Shown piece after piece: positions 1-9,700 of a stretch of 26,309 bases of DNA. The notes beneath the pieces were generated by a model. It did not search any database. It was not told the DNA's origin and was given only the letters and a program-made list of their open reading frames with translations. The stretch covers positions 1 to 26,309 of IMG/VR virus record IMGVR_UViG_3300034066_000644. One strand, 5' to 3'. Every line of letters begins with the position of its first letter. Position 1 is the first letter of the stretch. A program made the translations under genes and the position numbers. This DNA is from a virus. Lineage: Duplodnaviria > Caudoviricetes.

Positions 1-857
1 TACCCATTATGAACCGCTATAATCTTACCGTCCTTATATCCAAGACCATTTACGTGATTTTTTAATATTGATATTTTAGTTCTAATTGCGAATGATACTT
101 TTCTACCGTTCTTAGTTGCGTCAATATGATTAATTCCCGCCTTTTTTTGATTCCCAAATAAGAAAACCAATGCCGATGCTAACCATATTGCCTCACCCCC
201 CTTACTCTTAATCTCAGGTTGCCCAAATGGATTATCTGGTAACTCCACCCACGGTTGGTTGACCACCACCATAGTTGCGTAAAATGGAAAATCCTCTTTT
301 TTAGTCTTAGATATTCTTGCCGAAATACCCATACCAATTTTATCAGCTAATGTCGCGGCATTATGTTGTTTACCTCCTTTACCATCGTATGTCATCTTAC
401 AAGGAATACTACCTATACTATCCCATAAAAATAAAATATCATATGGTATATCCCCTTTCTCTTGAGCATCTAAGACTTCGTTTATAAAATCTGTTGCTTG
501 TTCAATATAGTCGAACGAATCATTAAAGATGAATTGACCCTCCCATTCACCATTCTCGTTTTTTGACGCGTCTAACCCTAATTCAACCGCGTGTTCCCAC
601 GACCATTTACGTTCGGTTATAATGAATACAGGTAAATGACCTTTTTTCTGAGCATCAACCGCCGCCAAAATCATTGCGGTTGTTTTAGAGGAATTTGAGT
701 GTCCTAAATTCATATTGATTGCTCCCATAACAGGTCCCGGTAATCCGCAAGCCTCCATAAAAGCTTCACCACAATTATAAAATTGTTCAGGTTTGTATTT
801 TGTTTTTGTGGAGAATTTCTCCTTAATTGATTTAAAATCTGTTTTTTTTATTGCCAT
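1..857 (-). CDS. recA: RecA/UvsX-like recombinase (3' end runs off the window)
   Basis: Not in the ORF track. Manual translation from ATG 857: MAIKKTDFKSIKEKF...LGHSNSSKTTAMILAAVDAQKKGHLPVFIITE...LFLWDSIGS...VVVNQPW...KSKGGEAIWLASAL...KISILKNHV. These match RecA Walker A-like, Walker B (WDS), NQ, GG and KN motifs. Confidence 0.9.
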   Translation of the reverse strand, partial: MAIKKTDFKSIKEKFSTKTKYKPEQFYNCGEAFMEACGLPGPVMGAINMNLGHSNSSKTTAMILAAVDAQKKGHLPVFIITERKWSWEHAVELGLDASKNENGEWEGQFIFNDSFDYIEQATDFINEVLDAQEKGDIPYDILFLWDSIGSIPCKMTYDGKGGKQHNAATLADKIGMGISARISKTKKEDFPFYATMVVVNQPWVELPDNPFGQPEIKSKGGEAIWLASALVFLFGNQKKAGINHIDATKNGRKVSFAIRTKISILKNHVNGLGYKDGKIIAVHNG

Positions 858-858
858 A

Positions 859-1533
859 TCATTTTAATTGATTATAATAATTATCGGTAAATTTTGGTTC
901 TAAATCAATATTTCCTTCTATTTTATCACATAATCTTCCAACCCACTCATTAACTCTTTCTTGCGAAATGTCTCCCATACCTGAAACGTGATATGTATTC
1001 ATTCCCCACCTATAAATCATTGTTGGGTTTTCAACCGATTCGTGTATTTTACCATTATTTTTAAAAGTAATATCAAAATCTTCTCCAAAACTTTTATTAG
1101 TGAATTTAACTTTATTTAAGTATTTTTTAGTATAAACGTTCCCATTATTAACATTACCTCCAACGTTTACAAATTTGTTATTAACAAAATAATAATGTTT
1201 ATCTCTACGATAAATCTCATACCCGGGGTTTTCCTTAATCTGACTTTCAACTAAACTTAGGGCATTTGGACATAATAAATCATCATCATCTAATCTATAG
1301 ATATATTCATATTTACATTGGTCAAATCCCCATTTTAATTTTTGAGATATATTATCGAACCTATTTTTTAAATTAAAGATTTTAACATTTTCACAATCTA
1401 TGTTGTAAGTCGTATTTGGGTCATCATTAATAATGACCATTTCAGAATTTTCATAGTCTTGTTTTAAATAAGAACATATCGCTTCTTCTAATAAATTTTT
1501 TCTACGATAAGTTAATGTTAATACGGATATCAT
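859..1533 (-). CDS. Glycosyltransferase family 2 (GT-A fold)
   Basis: N-terminal ISVLTLTYRR..LEEAI.S...Q.Y...E.VIIND, a YIYRLDDDD DxD motif and GEDFD. Its ATG overlaps the upstream stop (ATGA, 1530-1533). Confidence 0.88.
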   Translation of the reverse strand: MISVLTLTYRRKNLLEEAICSYLKQDYENSEMVIINDDPNTTYNIDCENVKIFNLKNRFDNISQKLKWGFDQCKYEYIYRLDDDDLLCPNALSLVESQIKENPGYEIYRRDKHYYFVNNKFVNVGGNVNNGNVYTKKYLNKVKFTNKSFGEDFDITFKNNGKIHESVENPTMIYRWGMNTYHVSGMGDISQERVNEWVGRLCDKIEGNIDLEPKFTDNYYNQLK

Positions 1534-1763
1534 ATACTTTCGTATTTAATAAACTTTTCCAAAGTTTGTAGTTTGTCGTTGGAATTCGCGATTTTTTCAA
1601 TTAATTTATCCATCTCTTCAATATGTTGTGGATGCTCTCCAATACCAACCGAATTATTAAAATAAACTAATAACGAAGCTTCCGCTGAAGCAACCTCAGA
1701 CATATATTTTAAACGCAATGCGTCGTACATTCTCAATCCAATAAGATTTAATTTTTTTTCCAT
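1530..1763 (-). CDS. Small conserved phage protein (VGIGEH motif), 77 aa
   Basis: Re-started at ATG 1763 (MEKKLNL...NSVGIGEHPQHIEEMDKLIEKIA). The longer 2027 start would overlap the SSB gene and cross a terminator. The VGIGEH motif is recalled from T4-like aquatic phages. Confidence 0.75.
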   Translation of the reverse strand: MEKKLNLIGLRMYDALRLKYMSEVASAEASLLVYFNNSVGIGEHPQHIEEMDKLIEKIANSNDKLQTLEKFIKYESI

Positions 1764-1788
1764 TTTTATAAATTTTGTAAATTTTTTT

Positions 1789-1821
1789 AAAAAAAATGGA
1801 CAGATTAAAAATATCTGTCCA
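1789..1821 (-). terminator. Intrinsic terminator downstream of the SSB gene
   Basis: Perfect 9-bp stem TGGACAGAT/ATCTGTCCA (1797-1805, 1813-1821) followed on the - strand by a T-run, 12 nt after the SSB stop. Confidence 0.75.
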
Positions 1822-1833
1822 AATTTAACCATT

Positions 1834-2688
1834 TTAGAAAGGCATATCTTCGTCAGGTTCTTGATTTTCTTGTGGGTCAGAATATTTGTTAGATTTCTTA
1901 CCTCCCATATCAATAGTTTCTGATGATGAAGATCCATATACGTATTTTCCTGAGTCTGAATCCCAACGTGGAGTTTCTCCTCTTGCGATAGCCTCAAGAT
2001 ATTCTTCAGGTTTTTTAGAATAAACATCTTCCCAAGTTAATTCATCATTAATCCAAGAATTTGAAGTTTCGATATCTGTGTGTACAGGTGCCGAATCATC
2101 ATACATAATTGTTTGAATTACGGTGTATGTCGCTCCTTTTGGAGTTTTAGCCTTTGTAAGCTCAAGGATTAAGTCTCTTCCTTTTTCAGGGTCGGTAATA
2201 TCTCCTTTGTTTCTCCAAATCGGAATAATCTTATCTAAGATTCCTTCATTTTTGTAGTTGTGTTTGAATCTCCAAAACTTAACACCATCCGATTCGTTAT
2301 CTCTATCAACAACTTTTACAATATAAAACTTACGAGGTTTATACGTTGATGCCAATTTTTTATCATTCTCCTTACCTGTCGCCATTAGTTCTTCGTAAAC
2401 TTCAGTTAAAGGTGAACGCTCGTTATCGTTTTTACCTGGGTCATATAATTTAACCCATTTTCCGTCTACTTGAACTTCGTGAAACCACACTTCTTTAAAA
2501 GGTGATGATCCGTCTTTTGTTGGTAAAATTCTTAATCTTTTTTGTCCTTGTTTTTCGTTGTCTTTAAGGATTGCTGCGAAGTATTTTTTCATCCTTTCGT
2601 CTTGTGACATTTTTGAGGTGGATGATGAACCTTGTTTTGATTGTTCGTACTGAGCCAGTACCGCGTCTAATGAATTGTTTGTCGCCAT
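1834..2688 (-). CDS. Single-stranded DNA-binding protein, T4 gp32-like
   Basis: Motifs LRILP...PF.E..FH, Y..V.V.D...GVKFW.F and DITDPEKGRDLIL, an acidic C-tail ending DEDMPF, and position next to recA. Confidence 0.82.
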   Translation of the reverse strand: MATNNSLDAVLAQYEQSKQGSSSTSKMSQDERMKKYFAAILKDNEKQGQKRLRILPTKDGSSPFKEVWFHEVQVDGKWVKLYDPGKNDNERSPLTEVYEELMATGKENDKKLASTYKPRKFYIVKVVDRDNESDGVKFWRFKHNYKNEGILDKIIPIWRNKGDITDPEKGRDLILELTKAKTPKGATYTVIQTIMYDDSAPVHTDIETSNSWINDELTWEDVYSKKPEEYLEAIARGETPRWDSDSGKYVYGSSSSETIDMGGKKSNKYSDPQENQEPDEDMPF

Positions 2689-2713
2689 TTGTTATATAAT
2701 TTAATTGTTTATA

Positions 2714-2747
2714 CGAAAATATAAGTGTCAGCCTTTAAAAAGTCAAA
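2714..2747 (-). promoter_or_regulatory. Host-RNAP-type promoter for the SSB-GT-recA block
   Basis: The - strand reads TTGACT (2746-2741), 17 nt, TATATT (2723-2718). It can also be read as Bacteroidota-like TTTG...TATTTTCG with a 22-nt spacer. Confidence 0.6.
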
Positions 2748-2750
2748 TTT

Positions 2751-2771
2751 GAGGTCACATTACGTGACCCC
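2751..2771 (-). terminator. Stem-loop at the end of the structural transcript
   Basis: GGTCAC-N5-GTGACC inverted repeat (2753-2769) just after the stop at 2776. The U-tract is weak. Confidence 0.45.
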
Positions 2772-2775
2772 TTAA

Positions 2776-3465
2776 TTATCTAATTTTTTGGAAATTATCT
2801 TCAATGTCATCTTTTCCTTGTTCAAAATCTCTAAAACTTTTTTTAATTTCAGATGGTGAATAATCCTCAACCTCATCTTTAGTTAAGATATACTCTTCTT
2901 TTCCAGTTTTTTCAAAATCTTCTCTTTTATCTTCAAAAAAATCTGAAAGTTTTTGATTAAAAGGTCCTGAATCTAAAGATCGTAATTCCAATTTTTCTTG
3001 CGATGATTTAGGTCTATACTTTTCAACCTTAGCTTCAAGATCGTTTAATTTATTAACTATAGTGTCCATATCTGATAATTTATTTTCTAAATCATTTAAA
3101 TGTTTAAATAAAGTATCAAAATATTCTTCTTGTTTTTTCTCAACCGTTTTTTGAGATTTAACTAAATCAGTAATTTCTAATTCTTCTTTACCTTCTTTTT
3201 CATCACCAATTTTTTCAACATCAGGGTCAGTTGCGGTATCAACAGGTTGTGGGGTTGTATCAACTGGTGCGGGTGGAGGTGTTGCGGTTGCCGGATCAGC
3301 GGGCAATGCCGCGTCGTCAACAGGTGGTATTCCTGCGTCAGGTGGTGGGGGTAATGCAGGGTCTTCTGCGGGTGGAATCTCTTGTTCCGTTAAGTAGTTA
3401 TTAATTTGCTTATATCTACCTATCTCTTTTAATATTTTATCATCAATTCCCATATTTTTAACCAT
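2776..3465 (-). CDS. Acidic Pro-rich coiled-coil protein, possible prohead core/scaffold or internal virion protein (start may be ATG 3453)
   Basis: Full ORF with N-terminal ILKEIGRYKQINNYLTEQE, a Pro/Asp/Ala low-complexity tract and a heptad coiled coil. The function is inferred. Confidence 0.7.
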   Translation of the reverse strand: MVKNMGIDDKILKEIGRYKQINNYLTEQEIPPAEDPALPPPPDAGIPPVDDAALPADPATATPPPAPVDTTPQPVDTATDPDVEKIGDEKEGKEELEITDLVKSQKTVEKKQEEYFDTLFKHLNDLENKLSDMDTIVNKLNDLEAKVEKYRPKSSQEKLELRSLDSGPFNQKLSDFFEDKREDFEKTGKEEYILTKDEVEDYSPSEIKKSFRDFEQGKDDIEDNFQKIR

Positions 3466-3682
3466 TTAATAATTGTTTAATACCTGTTTTTGTTTCAACT
3501 TGTATTTTTTTATTTGTATTTAATGTATTATCTACTCTCTCAATAAGACCATCTTTCATTCTTAAAGTATAACATTCTCCAGTATCTAAATCACAAACTT
3601 GTTTAGACCCATCACCTAAATCTTTTTCTGACATTCTTGTGTTTTTACCCAAGTAATTGTCTAATATTAATTTTGTATTCAT
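3458..3682 (-). CDS. Hypothetical protein, 74 aa
   Basis: Fills the gap co-directionally, is preceded by the TATTTATA motif, and contains VCDLDTGECY. Confidence 0.75.
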   Translation of the reverse strand: MNTKLILDNYLGKNTRMSEKDLGDGSKQVCDLDTGECYTLRMKDGLIERVDNTLNTNKKIQVETKTGIKQLLNG

Positions 3683-3695
3683 AATTGTTTTTATA

Positions 3696-3703
3696 TATAA
3701 ATA
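3696..3703 (-). promoter_or_regulatory. Putative late promoter motif TATTTATA
   Basis: Lies 13 nt upstream of ATG 3682. The same motif and spacing occur at 15465 and 17349. Confidence 0.65.
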
Positions 3704-3709
3704 TCTTAT

Positions 3710-6700
3710 TTATGGAGAAATTCCTTGTGACGCGGCATTAAATAAATCTATCGCTTTTTGTGTTAAATTATCCTCAATAACTGATAATTCTTCTTGACTA
3801 AATTTTTTATACACATCTTCATTTGGTTTAAATCCCGAATATATTATTAAAAATTTAGTAATTTCCGTTTTATCAATATTTTTAACTTTACCGATAGTAT
3901 TTTTCCAATGATCTCTCAACATACTTATTAAGGCGTCTAAACTATTAAAACTTGACATAGGAGTCTCGCTGTATGAACAGAAATAATTAGAATTGAAATA
4001 ATTATTTCCTAATTGAGCCCAATTCTCGTTCAATCCTATAGACGCAAAATTGTAATCATACGCTTTAAAAATATTATTAGTATCATAACTATTAATATAT
4101 ATTGACGCGAATATTGTTACTTTTAATTTTAAAGGATAATTTCCAACATTTAAAATTTCATTAATTTTTTCAATTATCTCTTTACTATTATATTTTCTAA
4201 TTGTTGGGTTTATTTTTGTAAAGTTACTATATTTGTTGATTGGTTGGCAACTTTGATTAATAGATAAAGTGCTAGAGTTTTTACTAGTTTCTTGTTTAAT
4301 TATCTTATCTTTTTCTGCAGTATCCGTATTGGATTGAGTATTTTCCTTATCTTTTTGAGTTTTAAAAGTGTCTTGAATTGATTGTAATAAATTCGCCTTT
4401 AAAACTTGTAAAGGATCCACAGGAGGTACTTCTGAAGCGTTTTGTCTTACGCCTGTAAAACTTGTTGTAAATGTTCCGGGACTTATTTTATGAGTAACCT
4501 CAAGTATCATATATGAACCACTAAACATTGGTACATACCTTAAATTAAAATACATTGTTGGTTGTATCATAGCATTGCCCATCATACTCACACTACAACT
4601 ATAACTCCTATTTTTATATAAATTGTATAATGATGTACTTTGCGTTGACCCCGCTCTATTTCCTCTAAGATTTGCCATCTCATTTAAAATTTGTAAACTT
4701 TCTGTAGTGGCCTTACCCGCGGTTTGTCTCACGTTAAATCCGTTAAAAATTTGTTGATTTTGAGGTCCAATGTCAACATTAAACCCAACCACTCTATTAG
4801 ATAATGCGTGGTCTTGTTTATTTGTTGAGGTTTCTACCAAAGCATTATTAGTTTTACTAATGTCTAATCCATCGTTTCTATATCTGTAGTCAACATTATT
4901 TTTCAGATTTAAATGTTCACTAGGTTTATTAGAATAAAAACAAACCATTTTAGAAGATGAATCTCTGTAATCAACATTTAAAAACGTTCCAAATAAATTA
5001 TTCGCAAATTCTGTAGTCCCTTCAAATTTAGGTATTGCGTTTTTTGTAACATCTTGTACATTATAAAAATTAATATATGAAGGAAGATTCATAATAACAA
5101 AATTATTCTCAACTAAAATCGATTGAATAAAAGATAACATAGTTGAATCAGCATTTATATTTGTCAATCTATTTTTTAATTTATATATGTCTACTAATAT
5201 CTTATCTCCAATGTTTCTTGACGCTCTATCAACTAACAAAACATCTTCAAATAAAGTTTTGTTTTTAAAATCTGAACCTGAAATCCATTTATCATTTAAA
5301 GATTTTAAAGTGTCATAAATTTCATATTTTGTTTGGTTACCGTCAAGTTTTGAAAAAGTTCCAACATTAGTTGATACCGAAACATTAGGTAATTTATTCC
5401 TTACATTAGTAAAAACATTATTAAGTACCCTACCCAAAAATCTGTCATTTTTTAAAATGTACTCATTCATCGATTCTGTAAATTTTGACGGATTCAAATT
5501 AGGGTCTGATAATTTTTGTGTTGCGTATATTTTTATAATAGGATATAAATTTTTAATATTATTCACCGTAAACGCAATATTATTATCAATAAAAAAATCG
5601 GTAATATATGAACCTGAATCTTTATAAGTCAATTCAACAATTTCACTAAAACCAACGTATAAGAATAATGCTTTCCATTCTTCTTGGTAATTTGCGAATG
5701 ATTGTGAAAAAGTTACCGAGTTTGAAGTGGCCGGTAACGCGTTAGGTGTTAATATTGTATAATTATCCCAAACATATGGGTCAGAAATTTCAAACGTTGA
5801 GAAGGTATAAAACAACCTCTTACTATAGTTTGATGGATTTCCAAATTTAAATACGATATCAAAATTTAAAAAATTCTTAATTCTCTCAACGATATTGGCG
5901 GTTTGAGTTATCTGAACATTACTTACGTAATCCGTTCCTGTTTGTCCATTAACTTTAGATATCTTCATCATATCAATCATAAACGATTGAAAATTTAACA
6001 TTTTCTTTTTAGATTCATCTAACGTTATGGTGTTAGAAATATTATTAACAACATCGTTAGTATTAGTATTAATGCCGTCCCCGGTATCGTATATTGACTT
6101 AGAAAAATTAAGAAACTCGTTTTCAAATGAATCTAATATGTCTTTATTAAAGGTACTAAATAAATCACTTATCGATGTATAATCGGATCCCCCTATTCTA
6201 GATTTAATATCAAAATTAGATTGGATATTACTATCAGGGTTTATAGTTTTTAAATACTCTGAGTAATATGGGGTCTCAAGTTTATTTGTGTTAAAATAAC
6301 CATAATTTGGTGCTGCCCAAAAATTTCTAACTGACCCATTATACATCGACTCATTATTAATTACCTCGGTTTTTAAAGAATTTGGTGTTTTCGTAATATC
6401 AAAACACTCGTTTTTTGTCTGATTAATTAATGAACCCGCCGATGGAAATACAAATGAAAATTTGTCATCTAACGTATCAACCGTTACAGACCAAGGTATT
6501 ATCCTTAGACTTCTTGTTTGTGAGGTGGGGTCAAATCCAGGACCCGTTGTTCCTGATCTTGGTAAATCAATAATGGCGTTATCGACATAATTTAAATTTA
6601 CCCCTAGGGTAAACCCTGATTGAATGTCTAAACTAGTAAATCCTGAATATATGTTGAACCCTTGATAAAATACGTTAAAATCATTAATCAATTTAGGGTA

Positions 6701-9700
6701 AAACCCTACATTAATTAATGTGAATTCCTCCCCTCCTACGAATGTATTATCTTGAAGTACAATATCTATTTGTGAACCATTAATAGATAAACTATAAATT
6801 TTTTCAGGGTTACTTGTCTCAGGATCATAGTTATCAACGTAACTAAACCCAGACCAAGACTTCTCTAATATGTCAACACCAGTATCATTATACTTTTTAT
6901 ATCTATGCCAAACGGAACCTATTTTTAATATCCAAGCATATGGTACTTTGTGTATTGCTCCAAATTTTTTAAATGAAGACATAATATAATCAAGTTCCTC
7001 AATATTAGGTTTAAGGTCTCCATTTGGGGTGTATGATTTATATCTCTCTCTTAGAGTTGCAACGGGTAAGCTATTTATAAAATAGTAAGCAGAAGAAACA
7101 AATGGATATTTTTCATAATTTCTAAAGTTAGAAACTCCTTCTTGAATTGAGTTAATAAAATAAGGGGTGTTTAAAACTGAAGTAGTTTGTTTGTATAATA
7201 AATTATCCGTGTAATCAGAATAAATAACATTTCCTTCTGTTGGTAATTGATCCTCATTGTTTCTATTTTTGTAAAAATCTTTCAATAACGGGTAGTCCAT
7301 ATCAATCAAACTAGGTGATATTACTTTACCAACCCAATTAAAATTAGTTATAGGTCTAATCTTTTCAGTATTAGTATTGTCTTTAAAATTAGTAATTGTT
7401 TTTCTGTCTTGGTCATAATTTAACACTTTAGTAGTGTTAAAAGCTTGTTTAGCAGTTCCAATATTTTTAGAATCTGCCATTTTAAATTTAATCCATTCTA
7501 AATCGGTTAATGGATATGTATCAGAAAAATCATACTCGTTAGATGTTGTTGATTCGTTAAAATACTTAGACAATTCATCTTGTTTTGATACCGATACTGA
7601 TGGTGAACATATACTACTTGATAGTAAATCGGGATTAATGAAACTAAATTGCGAATTATTAATTAAATTTTTTAAATATGATGTATTAAAAACCCCTCTT
7701 AAAAAGTTTTGCCAACTTTCCCCAATACCATCATTAGAAAAATGTCTTAATATTTCTAAATAATTTATAGACGTAAATGTATATTCTTTTAACTTACTTA
7801 GAAGAAATGGACTATCATTCAATAAACTATTATTTATATTTGAATATTCAAACTCTGATAGTATAGTCGCAAATAAATCCGTTTCTATTACACTATTTGA
7901 AGATCTTGATAACTTAGTATAATCAGAATATAAAGATATTCTTTCGTATATTTCAAAAAAATACTTTATTTCTTCTTTATTTGAAAAAACTTCATTATTT
8001 ATTGGGAATTCTATGGGATTTAACGACGCCTTTGTAATATCTAAAGTTTCGTTTTTAATTGGTTCAGGATTTTTCTTAACTTCATCCCTTTTAGTTAAAG
8101 CGGTAATAAATTCCTCAACAAATTCTACTTCAGGCCAATAGGTGAAGACGTTAGTCTTATAATTACTTTGTAATACAAATTTACCGGGATATTCTAATGA
8201 ATATTTTTCATCTCCATTTTCATCTCTATTTGAGACAATTACTTGTGGCCAAGGATAAATAGGTGTATCTTTGTCGTACCCAGGTGTTGGGTTGTCCGTA
8301 TTCACATCTGACGCGGAAGTATTAAAAACCAATTTTTTTCTTTCCCTTGTTGCGTCCAAATCAGAATTTAAATTCCAAGCATTTGTGTGCGTATCATCTA
8401 ATAGTCTTAAAAAAGCTTCTCCATTGGCAAAAATAACCGATAAAACATTTCTTATAGTCGGATTGAATCCGATACCATTATTTTTACTTTGTAAAATATC
8501 AGATAAAGCGTCAGTTAACTTTGTTTCAATTTCTTTTCTGATTTCGGATAATTTTCTTCCTAGTTCGGAAGTGTACTCCATAAATGTGGTATTTGGTTTT
8601 AAAATAAAAGATTTTGAATCTTTAATATTTCCATTTGGTTCAATTCCTGTAGTACCACTCTCAAACCTAAACCATTGAATTTTATACTTTTTACCGTTTT
8701 TAGTCTCGATACCTCCTAAAGAATTTTTTAATTTAAAATTAGATTCAGCTTCTGCGATTTCAGCACTTGTCGGTTTTTGTTTACCTTTTTTTCTTTTTAA
8801 TATTGTTTGTTCAAAATCAATGTCATTTTCAGTAACACTATCAAATATAAATTGTTGTAGTGTTACGTTACAATTTATACTTGACGGAAAAGGTCCTTTA
8901 CCTCCAACGGAGTATTGTCCATTTTTACCACAAACAGGATTATTATTTAATTTTTTATTATATTTGTCTATATATTCGTTTTCTAATTTACTTAACGCAG
9001 TTTTGTTTTTTGAAACGTCTTCATCTTTAAAAGTATATATTTCCCCACCATTATTCTTTAAAACGTAGAAATTTTCGGAATCCATAAAATCGCTAAACCA
9101 AGAACCATTAACCGCCAAAAAAACATCTTTTCTATATTCATTTAATGTGTCCGAATAACTATCTAAGTTATTTAATGGTGCCAAATTTTCCTTAGTAAAA
9201 GTATCTAATATATTATTAACAAAATTATCGATATTATTTCTTAATTCTAATATTGTTAATTCAGGCATATCTTCCGATATTAATCCTTTTGACTTATATT
9301 CACTATAAATCTCTTTCATTTTCTGATACCCTCTTTCAACTACAGAATTTTTAGAATTTGTTAGTTGTGTCGAACCTCCTTGTTTCGGGGTTACTGAAAT
9401 TGTTGAGGGAAACATATGTGGTGTCGCTAATAACGCACCCATAGTTAGATCACTAAGAACACTATATTTGTATGTGTAAAATTTTAAAGTTATATCGAAA
9501 TTTTGACTTGAATAGTCGAAACTGGAGTTAAAGCTTTGTAACATTAATGGTAACCTTATCGCTTTACCATAATACCCTTTAATAGTAAGATAAAACATAG
9601 GATATGGTAAATTAAAAAACGCCGCATAAGGTGAATTATCACCCAATTCAAATAACGCCCTACCTTTAATGTCCGTTAATCTAACCGTTATAACCGGCAT

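Noticed and set aside
1764-2027. N-terminal 88 aa of the 165-aa ORF
   Set aside because: Overlaps the SSB 3' end in another frame and crosses its terminator. ATG 1763 is the better start.
3245-3380. GC-rich patch as foreign DNA or structured RNA
   Set aside because: Explained by Pro/Ala codons in the 229-aa ORF.
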